This document shows, piece by piece, positions 1-12,035 of a DNA stretch of 64,000 nt (its first letter is position 1; every line of letters begins with the position of its first letter). Source of the DNA: Hemiscyllium ocellatum (Eukaryota). The notes under the pieces were generated by a model, which searched no databases, was not told the DNA's origin, and saw only the letters and a list, made by a program, of their open reading frames with translations. The stretch is from assembly GCF_020745735.1 (NCBI RefSeq), contig NC_083403.1, positions 98,356,378 through 98,420,377 of the forward strand. The letters are read 5' to 3'. Made by a program: the position numbers and the translations under genes.

Positions 1-240
1 TCCCCTGGTCATCTCTACCACCCTGAATCTATACAAACACATCCTGAAACAATCCTGCCACTACAGCTACATCTCCTTCTTCAGTGCCTGCCTACATAAC
101 CTGCTCATCCCCCAAGGACTCCAGACTACATTCAAACTGTCTCAGTTTGGATCCAACCAGGACAGCCACTACCTACAGCAAATCCAGAGCCTCCAGAAAC
201 AGTTCTCTCTCCAAATCCTCAACTCCACGCTAGCACCATG
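1..240 (+). mobile_element. Penelope-like element fragment (ORF N-terminal region), older copy related to the element at 5155-9177
   Basis: Translates to YKHILKQSCHYSYISFFSACLHNLLIPQGLQTTFKLSQFGSNQDSHYLQQIQSLQKQFSLQIL, colinear with FSHVLKQTRYHSHISFLSTCLRNRLIPHGLRTTFQQTKFGPNQDNLYLQQIRSLQQQTSLRIL of ORF 6697-8709. Confidence 0.85.
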
Positions 241-2935
241 TGGGCAGGTGGAGAGCCTCCAGCAAGTCCCTGACCACCTTCCCATTTCTGATGGGGGTAC
301 CTGCAGCCATTAGGAATCCATACTGTTTCTATTATTGGTCAAAGTTATAGGCAACTCCAAAAGGATTGTAGGGGTCTGTGTAGATGTTCGCAGACTGATC
401 CTCTGCCATTCTGCAGGCTTCAGTCAGAGCCTGTCATTCTGCCTACTCTGTCGATGCTCCAGGGGTAGGCTTCCCAATGTCATGACTGTGTTGGGTGTTG
501 TGACAGCTGATCCAGCTTTCTTATAACATTTTCCATGCAAGAGTATCCATCGGTTTAAAGGGTGAGGTCTGGGTTTTGCAAGGGCTCATTCATCATTTGG
601 TTATAGTCCTCCAATTCCTGCAGGATTCCAGCACAATCATGGTCAACTTCTTCCCCTTCTGCAGGCACAGTTAATGGTGTGACTGGATTGATCGGGCTCA
701 CATGAGGTATGTGTAGATTAGGGGCTTCTAGGACTACTGTCCATCGGGTTAATCGTGCAGCATTTACCTGAGATACTTTGTTTATAGTGAGCATAGTGTG
801 TTCGGCATTTAGGCATTTAATTCTTTATTTCTGATTTAACACTAGTCTCACAGTAACTTCCACGAACAAGCACATGGCTTGCATCCCTCTCAACAGCTCC
901 CCCATCCAAGGTCCAATCTCCCTGAGTAACACCCAATAGACCTTAACCTGTCCCTGTGTTCCTGGGCCAGCACTGCTGTCATGTAGCCCTCCTATTCTGT
1001 AATTGGGAATTCCCAAAGCTGATATGGAACAGAGTACTCTCTTTAGGTCCTGGAAGGCTTCTTCCTGTTCCTTTGTCAGTACAATTTGTTCTGTCAAGTC
1101 CCATTTTTCCTTCAGGATGACTGTGAAAGGCTGGGCTATTTGGGTATACAAATCAACACAGCATTGATTAAAGTTACACTGACCCAGAAAAGCCCTCAGT
1201 TCTCAGATTGTAGTGGGGCTGTTTTGTTGCCTGTATGGCTGCAGTGCAGCCTTAGGTGATTCCCCTCTTCCCATGGGAGAGTTTCTGTCCAAAATAAACT
1301 GCCTCTTTCTGGGCGATCTGAGCTTTTTGTATACTGGCCATATGATCTTAACGTTGCAGGTGGTTTCGAAGGGTCGTAAGGCCTATCTCCTGTTGCTTTT
1401 CCATTTCTGAAACCATCAGTATATCATTCACATTCTGAATGATAACTAACTCAGTTGGTAGCATTTCACGGAGATGATTTTGTAAGGTTATATGGTATAC
1501 AGTTGGGCTGCTGTGGAATCCCTGTGGGAATTGGGTCCATGTGTACTATTGTTGCTGTACAGTAAAGACACACCACGACTGCACTTCAGATGCCAGGGGT
1601 ACCTACCAGAAGCTGTTAGCCATATATTTGACAGAGAACCACTTGTGGTCTGGTGTTAAGGCACTGAATATAGTAGAGGGGTCAGCTACTAGTGGAACTT
1701 TTTGATTGATGCATTAGTTGGCTTTCCAGTACTCTACACTTAACCTCCATTCTCCACTTGCCTTTCACGTGCTGTTGGAGGAGCTTTCAGTTTTTACCAA
1801 AAGCAAACCTCTGAATTTTCAGGAGGATTCCTGCAATAGGCATTGGGCTGATGAGATACTGTTTAGTGCAAGGTGGAGGTGTTCCTATAAAGGTCGCAGG
1901 TTCCATTTGCAGTAACCCGCAGTCATCCTTGTCTTTAGTTTAGATGGGATGATCTTTAAATTCTTCCTTCTGTAGGGTTCTGATGGACCACATTATCTAT
2001 CCATCATGAAGTGTAAAGATGAATTTAGTTGGGTGAAGATATCCATTCTGAGGAGTGGCTGGGCTACAGGTCCTACCCATACAATGGTTGCTAACTTGTG
2101 GCAGCTGATTGTAGTGTACATGAATTTGCTCCTTTTAATTTCGATCCTGTTATCTCCTGCTCTGTAGGCTATCTTATTGTCCCGTCTATCAGGGAGTTTG
2201 GTCTCATACCTCTGGGGTAGACTCGTCAAATGTGCTCCTGTGTCTAAAAGGTAATGTCCAGGTCGCCCTCCCTCATGGTCACATACAATCTGTCTCCCCT
2301 CTGCTGGCATAAAGCCAGTAGGAGTGTAGAGGGGCACCGGGTAGACCCGCTCAAATTTTTGTCAGCTGCAGCTGCTGCTGGGTGGTTTGCTCTTGAAACT
2401 GCTCCAGGACTTTGGTCTTCCTCCCAGTTTTCAGGGTCTCCTCTTCCTTAGGGCTTATTGGGTGACTTTGCCCTTTTTCTCTTTGCTGGCACCCTCTGCC
2501 CATTGGCCTTCCTTCTCACAGATATAACACTTCCCTGGACATTTGTCCCGAGCCTTTCTGGAGTTACTGAGTGTCTGTCCAATTTGTCCTCTCTGTAGGG
2601 CTCACAATTTGGTCTCAGTCAAGTTGGTAAGCTTGGTCTACGAGTTCATAATAATTATTCCCGCTCTGGTCCCAGTCTGGTTTGGTGAGCTTCAGCATTA
2701 GATTTAAGTCTGACCACAAACGCAGGCTTCAGTAGGCCATAATCACAACCTTCAAAATCCCTGTCATCCTGCACACTTGGGACTCCTGAATACTCTTTCC
2801 AGGTCATCCTAAACTTTCCCTCATTTTTTGGAACTTCCTCTGTAGCTTTTTGACAGCAAGCCATGACTTGCGTCCAATTGGTCTCACCTCAGTATTGTCC
2901 TCTAACCTTTGCTTTATCACTTTCTCTTGAGCTTT
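241..2935 (-). mobile_element. Decayed endogenous retrovirus (class I, epsilon/gamma-like): gag-protease-RT-connection-RNase H; integrase/env/LTRs not seen
   Basis: Minus-strand order: capsid-like ORF 2655-2864; degenerate zinc knuckle CYICEKEGQWA (~2497-2530); protease YLLDTGAHLT (ORF 1993-2337); RT motifs YTWTQFPQGFHSSP (~1506-1546) and IIQNVNDIL (decayed QYVDD, ~1418-1445); tether ARLTRW..INPVTPL..HDC..NEPLQNPDLTL*TDG; RNase H AE*QALTEAC..NIYTD..FGVAYNF..GFLMAAGTPIRNG..LLEALHLP. Many stops and frameshifts. Confidence 0.85.
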
Positions 2936-3451
2936 GAATAGGAGGTGGTCATAAATAAATACAATGGCAAATCCGGGTGAAATTTCTTTGCTCAGAAAGT
3001 GTTGAGACTGTGTAACTTACTACCGCAGTGAGTAGTTGAAGTGAACAGTTGTGATTTCTTTAAGGGGAAGCTAGATTATCACTTGAAGATTATGCTATTA
3101 GAATATTAGAAGGAAATCACGAGGTGTCTTATTGAGCAAAAACAGTGATATCAATCAATTAGTCTAAAGGGGCTTGTTTCTATGTCGTAAAATCAACGTA
3201 ATCCATGTAATTCTATGGAAATTTTAATCTTGTGGGTTAGACAGCATGGATGGTCTTTGAGAATTCTTTGCTGCCTTTCATACAGTCTGATAGTGATTTT
3301 TATTCTTCTCATCCTTTTATCTGTGTATGAATTAACTGTCATTTCTATAGTCTCTGTGCAGTCCAACATTCTGAACCTCATGTCTGAATCATTCTGAAGC
3401 ATCCCAAGTCCATCTTCTTTTCGTCAATAAATGTATTTATTTGATCGTAAT

Positions 3452-3758
3452 TTAGATTAGATTACTTACAGTGTGGAAACATGCCCTTTGGCCCAACAAG
3501 TCCACACCGACCCTCTGAAGAGCAACCCACGCAGACCCATTTCCCTACATTTACCCCTTCACCTAACACTACGGGCAATTTAGCATGGCCAATTCACCTA
3601 ACCTGCACATCCTTGGACTGTGGGAGGAAACCGGAGCAAATCCCTGCAGACACAGGGAGAAGGTGCAAACTCTACACAGACAGTTGCCCGGGGCAGGAAT
3701 TGAATGCGGGTCCCTGGCACTGTGAGGCAGCAGTGCTAACCATTGTGCTACTGGGCCA
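3452..3758 (-). mobile_element. tRNA-derived HE1/V-SINE copy
   Basis: Reverse complement of the SINE at 54568-54884 (A/B boxes, V-domain, CR1-like tail, TAATC repeats). Confidence 0.85.
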
Positions 3759-4335
3759 CAAGTGCAAATTTGTTGAGAAACAACATCATTTGTTATTGTC
3801 TTGTCCCTTCACTAGATGTTTCCTTTGATTCCTTCCTAATGACGTGTCTCAGAACATCCATGCACTCTCTTTATATTCAGTAATGTATTTTCGGGCTTTC
3901 CCAATGAGAAGTTTGATTATTCTATCTTGTTTTCTCTTCTTTTTTCCAATACCATCGACCTTTGATCAACAATGAGTGATGTTTAATAATATATCTACAA
4001 TATCTGTCAATTTGTCCTGCTCTGTAATTCAATATAAATTTAGGTTCTCTGTGGATGCTGTTTGGCCTGCTGAATATTTCCACTATTTTCAGTTTTTATC
4101 TCAAATTTCCGGTCCTGACAGAATCCTTCTAGCCAAATACACACTTTTTTTTTCTATTTCTTAATCTCTCACTCCCAATCCACCTTCCCTTCTGCTTTGG
4201 TTTATGTTTATCCTGTTTCTAAATCAGATGATTCCTTATCACCCTGTCAGTTACTGTCTTTTTTATGCAATTAATAACATCTAACGTAATTAACATTTCT
4301 GTGAACCTAGAAATTATCCAAAACCATGATAAATG

Positions 4336-4750
4336 CAAAAATCACACCACACCAGGTTATAGTCCAACAGGTTTATTTAAATGTACTAGCTTTCAGAACA
4401 TTGCTTCTTCATCAGGTAGCTAGTGGAGCAGGATCATAGGACACAGAATTTATAGCAAAAGATCGTAGTGTCATTCAACTGATGCAATATATTGTACAAA
4501 CCTAGGTTGGTGTTATATCTTTCATCACTTAGGATAGGCTGCAGGTTTCAATTCATTAATATATAAATCCCAAAACTTCTTTCAAGAATGCTTTAAATTC
4601 TGCTTCCTATGATGCTGTCCCACTAGCTACTTGATGAAGGAGCAGCGCTCCGAAAGCTAGTGCTTCCAATTAAACTTGTTGGACTATAACCTGTTGTTGT
4701 GTGACTTTTAACTTTGTCCACCCCAGTCCAACACTGGCATCTCCACATTG
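4336..4750. mobile_element. Short palindromic PLE-derived insertion (inverted pLTR arms with hammerhead motifs)
   Basis: Left arm CACCAGGTTATAGTCCAACAGGTTTA..CTAGCTTTC..TTCATCAGG is inverted relative to right arm TTGATGAAGGAGCAGCGCTCCGAAAGCTAG..TTGGACTATAACCTG. TSD TGATAAATG at 4327-4335 and 4751-4759. Confidence 0.8.
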
Positions 4751-5211
4751 TGATAAATGTGTAAGTGACAGGACCACAGATCGAACAATTACCTCACACT
4801 TTTGTTTCAAAATTTACTAATAACATAAAAATGGAGCCTAGTCCTCTTTAAGCCAATTGGAGTATCCTAGCCTTAACTTTTATTCCAGATCATTTGTATA
4901 AGCTCACACATCAAATTAATTAAAACACATTATCAACCATTAAGTATTCAATAAGCAAAGGAAAACTGTATATTCATATCAAACTTTCATAAACCCCGGA
5001 TAGCCAAAACAAATTTCAGCCAATGAAGCACTGTGGTTTTGAAGTTTACTGTTCTATTGTGGGACATCTAGAAAATTAGATAGTGTAACATTTTGAATTG
5101 TTTATAAAGTTTCTATATGTTCAACTTAGTAAACATTGCTGATCTTGATGCAAGCTGAAAAGTGTTGCTGGTTAAAGCACAGCAGGTTAGGCAGCATCCA
5201 AGGAACAGGAA

Positions 5212-5247
5212 ATTCGACGTTTCAGGCCAGAGCCCTTCATCAGGAAT
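5212..5247 (-). ncRNA. Minimal type I hammerhead ribozyme motif in 3' pLTR
   Basis: Minus sense ATTC-CTGATGA-A-GGGC-TCTG-GCCT-GAAA-C-GTC-GAAT: conserved core, stem II, 4-bp stem I (AUUC/GAAU), loopless palindromic stem III (ACGU). Confidence 0.8.
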
Positions 5248-5488
5248 GAGGAGAGGGTGCCAAGCAGGCTAAGGTAAAAGGTAGGGAGGAGGGACTTGGG
5301 GGAGGGGCGATGGAGATGTGATAGGTGGAAGGAGGTCAAGGTGAGGGTGATAGGCCGGAGTGGGGTGGGGGCGGAGAGGTCAGGAAGAGGATTGCAGGTT
5401 AGGAGGGCAGTGCTGAGTTCAAGAGGATCGACTGAGACAAGGTGGGGGGAGCGGAAATGAGGAAACTGGAGAAATCTGAGTTCATCCC

Positions 5489-8400
5489 TTATGGCTGGAG
5501 GGTTCCCAGGCAGAAGATGAGGCGCTCTTTCTCCAACCATCGTGTTGTTATGTTCTGGCGATGGAGGAGTCCAAGGACCTGCATGTCTTCGGTGGAGTGG
5601 GAGGGAGAGTTAAAGTGTTGAGCCACGGGGTGGTTGGGTTGGTTGGTTCGGGCGTCCCAGAGGTGTTCCCTGAAGCGTTCTACAAGTAGGCGGCCTGTCT
5701 CCCCAATATAGAGGAGGCCACATCGGGTGCAGCGGATGCAATAGATGATGTGTGTGGAGGTGCAGGTGAATTTGTGGCGGATATGGAAGGATCCCTTGGG
5801 GCCTTGGAGACAAGTAAGGGAGGAGATGTGGGCGCAAGTTTTGCATTTCCTGCGGTTGCAGGGGAAGGTGCCGGGAGTGGAGGTTGGGTTGGTGGGGGGT
5901 GGGGACCTGACAAGGGAGTCACGAAGGGAGTGGTCTTTGCGGAACGCTGATAGGGGAGGGGAGGGAAATATATCCCTGGTGGTGGGGTTCGTTTGGAGTT
6001 GGCGGAAATGACAGTGGATGATACGCTGTATACGGAGGTTGGTGGGGTGGTAGGTGAGAACCAGTGGGGTTCTGTCTTGGTGGCGGTTGGAGGGGCGGGG
6101 CTCAAGAGCAGAGGAGCGGGAAGTGGAGGAGATGCGGTGGAGGGCATCGTCGATCACGTCTGGGGGGAATCTGCGGTCCTTGAAAAAGGAGGCCATCTGG
6201 GCTGTACGATATTGGAACTGCTTCTCCTGGGAGCAGATGCGGCGGAGACGAAGGAATTGGGAATATGGGATGGAGTTTTTACAGGGGGCAGGGTGGGAGG
6301 AGGTGTAGTCCAGGTAGCTGTGGGAGTCAGTCGGTTTATAGTAGATGTCTATGTTGAGTCGGTCGCCCGAGATAGAAATGGAAAGGTCTAGGAAGGGGAG
6401 GGAGGAGTCTGAGACAGTCCAGGTGAATTTGAGGTCGGGATGGAAGGTGTTGGTAAAGTTGATGAACTGTTCAACCTCCTCGTGGGAGCACGAGGCAGCG
6501 CCAATACAGTCATCGATGTAGCGGAGGAAAAGGTGGGGGGTGGTGCCAGTGTAGTTGCAGAAGATGGACTGTTCCACAAATCCTACAAAGAGACAGGCAT
6601 AGCTGGGGCCCATGCAGGTGCCCATGGCAAATCCTTTAGTTTGGAGGAAGTGGGAGGATTGGAAAGAGAAGTCATTCAGGGTGAGGACCAGTTCAGTCAG
6701 CCGAAGGAGGGTGTCAGTGGAAGGGTACTGGTTGGTGCGGCGGGAAAGGAAGAAGCGGAGGGCTTTGAGTCCTTCGTGATGGGGATAGAGGTGTACAGGG
6801 ACTGGATGTCCATCGTGAAAATAAGGCATTGGGGACCGGGGAAGCGAAAATCATGGAGGAGATGGAGGGCGTGGGTGGTGTCCCGAACGTAGGTGGGGAG
6901 TTCTTGGACTAAAGGGGACAGAACCATGTCGAGGTATGCGGAGATGAGTTCGGTGAGGCAGGAGCAGGCTGAGACAATGGGTCGGCCGGGGCAGTCAGGT
7001 TGGTGGATTTTGGGCAGGAGGTAGAAACGGGCGGTGCGGGGTTGTGGGACTATGAGGTTGGAGGCGGTGGATGGGAGATCCCCTGAGGTGATGAGGTTAT
7101 GGATGGTCTGGGAGATGATGGTTTGGTGGTGGGAGGTGGGGTCATGGTCAAGGGGGCAATAGGAGGAAGCGTCCGCGAGCTGGCGTTTGGCCTCAGCAGT
7201 ATAAAGGTCGGTGTGCCAAACTACTACCGCGCCTCCCTTGTCTGCCGGTTTGATGGTGAGATTGGGGTTGGAGCGGAGGGAGTGGAGGGCTGCACGTTCT
7301 GAGGGTGAGAGGTTGGAGTGGGTGAGAGGGGTGGACAGGTCGAGTCGGTTAATGTCGCGGCGGCAGTTGGCTATAAATAGATTGAGGGCGGGTAAGAGGC
7401 CAGCACGGGGTGTCCAGGTGGATGGGGTGTGTTGGAGGCGGGAGAAGGGGTCGTCAGAGGGTGGGCGGGAGTCTTGGTAGTAAAAGTAGGCACGGAGACG
7501 AAGGCGGCGGAAGAATTGTTCAATATCTCGCCGCGTGTTGAACTCATTAATCCGAGGGCGTAGGGGAATGAAGGTGAGGCCTCTGCTGAGGACTGATCTT
7601 TCATCCTCAGAGAGGGGGAGGTCTGGAGGGATGGTGAAGATCCAGCAAGGTTGGGAGCTAGGACCTGGTGTGGGACTGGAGCTGGGAGTGGGGGCGGGGT
7701 TAGGGGCGGGGGCAGAGATCTGCATAGGGGCGGGGTTAGACGTGGTGACGAAGCTTGGTGTGGGGGCGGGGTTAAGCGTGGGGGCGGGGTTAAGCGTGGT
7801 GATGAAATTCGGCGTAGGGGTGGGGTTACGCGTGATGACCCAAGTCGGCGTGAGGGCGGGGTTACGCATGGTGACGAAAGTCAACGTGGGGGCCGAGACA
7901 CCTGAGGCGTTGCGGTCATGCAGGTTAGTGATGTCAGTGGGGGCGGAAGTGGCTGCGGCGACGGCAGCCGAAGGGGCGGAAATGGTTGTGGCGACGAAAG
8001 AGCCGTTGTCATTCCCGGTAGCCGCGGGGGTCGCGAGTCCGTCAGCGATCTTCCTAGCGATCGTGGAAGCGATTGTCTGTGCGGTGATTGTCGGGGCGGT
8101 TGTTTGGGCAGCGATTACAGAGGCTGCGAGGTCAGTGGGGGCGGAAGTGATGTCACGGTCGTCGGCGGCCGTTGGTGCCGCGGGCGCTGTAGTGGCCACA
8201 TGTGTAATGGCGTCCGACAGGCCGATAGAAGATTCTGGAACAGTTGAGGAACCACGAGTGTGGGGGTAAGTACATGAAAGTTTTCGGTACTTACTGTCTT
8301 TAATTTTTGATGTGGCTAGGAAGAACTGTTTGTTTAGTGTGTGGATTCTTCTGTAGATGAAGAACAGTAGAGGTCCTTTGCAGGTCTGTGAGAGTGTTGT

Positions 8401-8755
8401 CCTGAGCTGGGGTAGTGCTGATTGCAGGGAATGTAGGTAGCAACGCATGGCTGCATGGGTGGAGCGGAGGATCCGGAGGGAGGTCTGTTGCTGGAGGCTT
8501 CGAATTTGTTGTAGGTACAGGTTGTCCTGGTTGGGTCCAAATTTTGTTTGTTGGAATGTAGTCCGGAGTCCGTGTGGGATCAGTCGGTTCCGTAGGCAGG
8601 TGCTGAGGAAGGAGATGTGGCTGTGGTAGCGAGTCTGTTTGAGAACGTGGCTGAAGAGCTTCTGGGCAGAGGAGATGATCTGGGGGGGTGCCGTGAGAGA
8701 GGGACTCACTGAAATCCTTGTAGAGGGAGGAAGAGAGCTTCTTCAAGGAAGGCAT
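5489..8755 (-). pseudogene. PLE RT/GIY-YIG polyprotein ORF broken by two 1-nt homopolymer frameshifts and one late nonsense change
   Basis: ATG at 8755 (MPSLKKLSS) joins the 670-aa frame at a C7 run (8682-8688), which joins the 446-aa frame at a C4 run (~6781-6784, SIP/HHEGL). TAA at 5489-5491 is CAA in the other pLTR copy (~9164-9166), which continues QGMN. Confidence 0.85.
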
Positions 8756-8886
8756 CCTTGCAAGAGGATTCGCAGTAGGTTAAAATCTTCGAGTAAAAAG
8801 TGAGGTCTGCAGATGCTGGAGATCAGAGCTGAAAATGTGCTGCTGGTTAAAGCACAGCAGGTTAGGCAGCATCCAAGGAACAGGAA

Positions 8887-8922
8887 ATTCGACGTTTCGG
8901 ACCAGAGCCCTTCATCAGGAAT
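8887..8922 (-). ncRNA. Minimal type I hammerhead ribozyme motif in 5' pLTR
   Basis: Minus sense ATTC-CTGATGA-A-GGGC-TCTG-GTCC-GAAA-C-GTC-GAAT; core intact. Confidence 0.82.
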
Positions 8923-9680
8923 GAGGAGAGGGTGCCAGGCAGGCTAAGATAAAAGATAGGGAGGAGGGACTTGGGGGAGGGGCGATGGAGATGTGATAGG
9001 TGGAAGGAGGTCAAGGTGAGGGTGATGGGCCGGAGTGGGGTGGGGGCGGAGATGTCAGGAAGAGGATTGCAGGTTAGGAGGGCGGTGCTGAGTTCAAGGG
9101 AATCGACTGAGACAAGGTGGGGGGAGGGGAAATGAGGAAACTGGACAAATCTGAGTTCATCCCTTGTGGCTGGAGGGTTGATGCAAGATAACTTAAGTTG
9201 AGCTCTCTGGTTCATTGATATGTCAAAATTTATGTTTATACACAATAGAATCTATAGCTAATTAATTTAGTCTTTTTTTTCTGAATTTAGCAAAGGTTAT
9301 GGCACCATTCTGCTCTGTTATAGCTCATGATAAGTAATTAGTTCTAGAATTGAAACATTTTACCATTTAGCTATTCTAGTCAGACAAGCAGTCCGCTGTA
9401 AATTTAGGTTACATGGTAATTCCTCACAATAATACTCCAGTTGCATTACTAAAGTCACTGCATTATTTAATTTTAGGAATGACAACGAAATGGATTGAAT
9501 TGTAACCTTAACCCAGTGCATTTATATCCCTTTCTCTAGCACACAGTTCTTTTGCAAATCGTGCTCATAATTCATGATCATGATGAATAGTTTTAAGTGC
9601 TGTCTTTAATTCCTTTATGAGTTATATAGATCTTATTTGCCCAGCAGAGCTTTTATTTTAAAATGTTTGTTTTTTACAAG

Positions 9681-9842
9681 TTCTGAATATTAGTGCTCCT
9701 TTCTTTAGGAGTAATGAGTTTTTCTGGATGGTATTTAGTCCTTTTAGCATTTGCCATAAGACCTATATTTGGATGCAGTTCCATCCTCACTCACAAGGTG
9801 GCATCTTATTATACACTGCACAGCACCTCAGCTCTCACTCAG
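9681..9842 (+). pseudogene. EYS: EYS penultimate exon (start of a laminin G domain), 162 nt, frame open
   Basis: ttttacaag| acceptor and |gtaagg donor, phase 1/1; translates LNISAPFFRSNEFFWMVFSPFSICHKTYIWMQFHPHSQGGILLYTAQHLSSHS(G), matching remembered human EYS LSISDPSFRSNELSWMSFASFHVRKKTHIQLQFQPLAADGILFYAAQHLKAQSG. Confidence 0.9.
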
Positions 9843-10762
9843 GTAAGGCCTAATCCCTCACTGTTAACCCTTGGCTGAACTACGCAATCACCAGCACATA
9901 ATAAAGAATGTAACATGCTTCCAAAGGCAGCACTATTTTTCATCTCGAAGTTGCTTTTAGGGAGATTATCTCTAAATTTCTAAATGAAAATATCTTTCTC
10001 ATCCAATGCTCCTTTTTTCTGTTTCCCTTCCTCCTCAAGCTGCTGAATCAGATGTAGAAACAGGAGTAGGCTATTCTGCCTCATGAGACTGTTCCACCAT
10101 TCAACTAGTTCATAGCTTATCTAAATTTTAACTTCATCTATCCTTCATTCTTAATTCCCTTATCTGACGCAAATCTAATTGTCTAGAAACATTCATGCGA
10201 CTCCCACCACCTCCCCACCACAGACTGGACAGCTGTTATGGAGGATAGAGTCCCAGATTTCCACTCCACCTTTATGCAGAGACGTGCTTCATTACTGTCT
10301 CCCACCACCCATTTCTAGGCCTGGCTCTGATTTTAAGATTGTGGTCCTTGGTTCTGAACGCTGCCTGGATAATGGGAAATAGTTTCTGTTCATCCACTCT
10401 TCCAAAACCTTTAACTATCTTAAAGATCTCAATAGGTCATCCCTTAATCTTCTATATACCTAAGGAAATACTAGCTTAGTCTATATAACCTGGCTTTATT
10501 ATGTAACCAGGTTAGTGTTGGTGATGTTCTAATGAACCTGTGTAGCACCAGTCTATCCGTTCCGAGATAGATTGTTCACAACAGAAACTCAAATGTTTAT
10601 GTTTCCAATAAATGTTGAAGATTGGGTCAGATTCTGCAAGAGCTGTGTAATCTCTCTCATTCAGTTATTCATTCTCCAAATAAATCAAAATTAATTGAAT
10701 GGTTCAAATGTATATCTTTACATTTTATTCCTCCTACTATCAACAACTATCTTGTATTTACA

Positions 10763-12035
10763 GTCATAGAGTCATAGAGCTCAACAGCATGGAGATAGGC
10801 CCTTTGGCTCAAACTGGTCCATACTGATTAAAATGTCTACGCTAATCCCATTTCCCTGCACTCAGCACATATCCTTCCAAATCTTTCCTATCCATGTATT
10901 AGTCCAAATTTTTAAAAAATGTTGTTAATGTACCCGCCTCAACCACTTCCAGTGGCAGCTTATTCCATATGCATACCATCCTCTGTGTAAAAACGTTGTC
11001 CCTCGGGTTCCCATTTATTCTTTTCCCTCTAACCTTAGACTGATGTCCTCTAGGCCTTGATTCCCCAATCCTGAGAAAAAGACTGAGTGCATTCACCCTA
11101 TCCATGCCTCTCATGATCATATACACAGTCTCCTATGCCCTAAAGAAAAAAGACCTAGCTTGTCCAGCCTCTCCCTATAACTCAGTCCCTTGAGTCCTGG
11201 CAACATCCTTGTCAATTTCTTCTGCACTCTTTCCAGTTTAATAACAACCTTCCTATAGCAAGGTTACCAAAATTGAACACAATACTTCAAGTGCAGCCTC
11301 ACTAACGTCCTGTACAACTGCAACATAACTTCCCAAATTCTATACTCAGTACCCTGTCTGATGAAGGCCAATGTGCCGAGAACTTTCTTCACTGCCCTGT
11401 CTACCTGTGACTCCACTTTAAGGCCCTACCATTCATCATGAAATTCTTACCTTAATTGGATTTTCAAAAATGCAAGACCTCACACTTATCTATTTTCAAT
11501 TCCACTTGCCATTTCTCAGCCCACTTCCCCAATTGATCAAAGTCCTGATTTCTGATAACCTTCCTCAGTGTCCACGATACCTCCTATGTTAGTATCATCT
11601 GCAACTTACTAATTATGTCTTGTACATTCTCATCCAAATCATTGATACAAACAGTAACGGGCCCAGTACCAAATCCCTGAGGCACTCCACTAGTCACAGG
11701 CCTCCAATCCGACAAACATCCTTCCACTATAACCCTCTGTTTCCTACCATCAAACCAACTGTGTTTGCATTTTGCCAGCTCTCCCTGCATTCCATGTGAT
11801 CTAACCTTCCAGAGCAGCCTAACAAGTGGAACCTCATCAAAGGCCTTACTGAAATCCATATAGACTGAATGCCCTCATCAACCTTCCTGGTCACTTCATC
11901 AAAGAACTCTTAACAAATTTATGAGGCACAATCTCCCATGAACAAAATCATGCTGACTACTTCTAACCAAATTCTTTCTTTCCAAATATATTTATATTTT
12001 ATCTCAGAACCTTCTTAAATAATTTACCTACCACA
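10763..12035 (-). mobile_element. CR1 LINE 3' fragment (RT to tail), decayed
   Basis: MDFSKAFD..VTSGVPQG (ORF 11584-11859), C-terminal FTQRMVCIWNKLP (ORF 10899-11126), (CTATGACT)n tail at ~10763-10780. Confidence 0.9.

Larger units (their letters stand above)
5155..9177 (-). mobile_element. Near-intact Penelope-like retrotransposon (Neptune-type), RT + GIY-YIG endonuclease, direct pseudo-LTRs
   Basis: Direct repeats ~5155-5504 and ~8829-9177; perfect TSD TTGATGCAAG at 5145-5154 and 9178-9187; RT motifs IKPADKGGAVV, FYLLPKIH, GRPIVS, MDIQSLYTSIP, GFAMGT, LRYIDD; Cys linker PCNRRKCKTC; GIY-YIG IIYCIRC..YIGETGR..RFREH. Confidence 0.95.

Noticed and set aside
7535-8269. 244-aa Gly/Ala/Val-rich + strand ORF
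   Set aside because: Antisense shadow of the PLE low-complexity linker.
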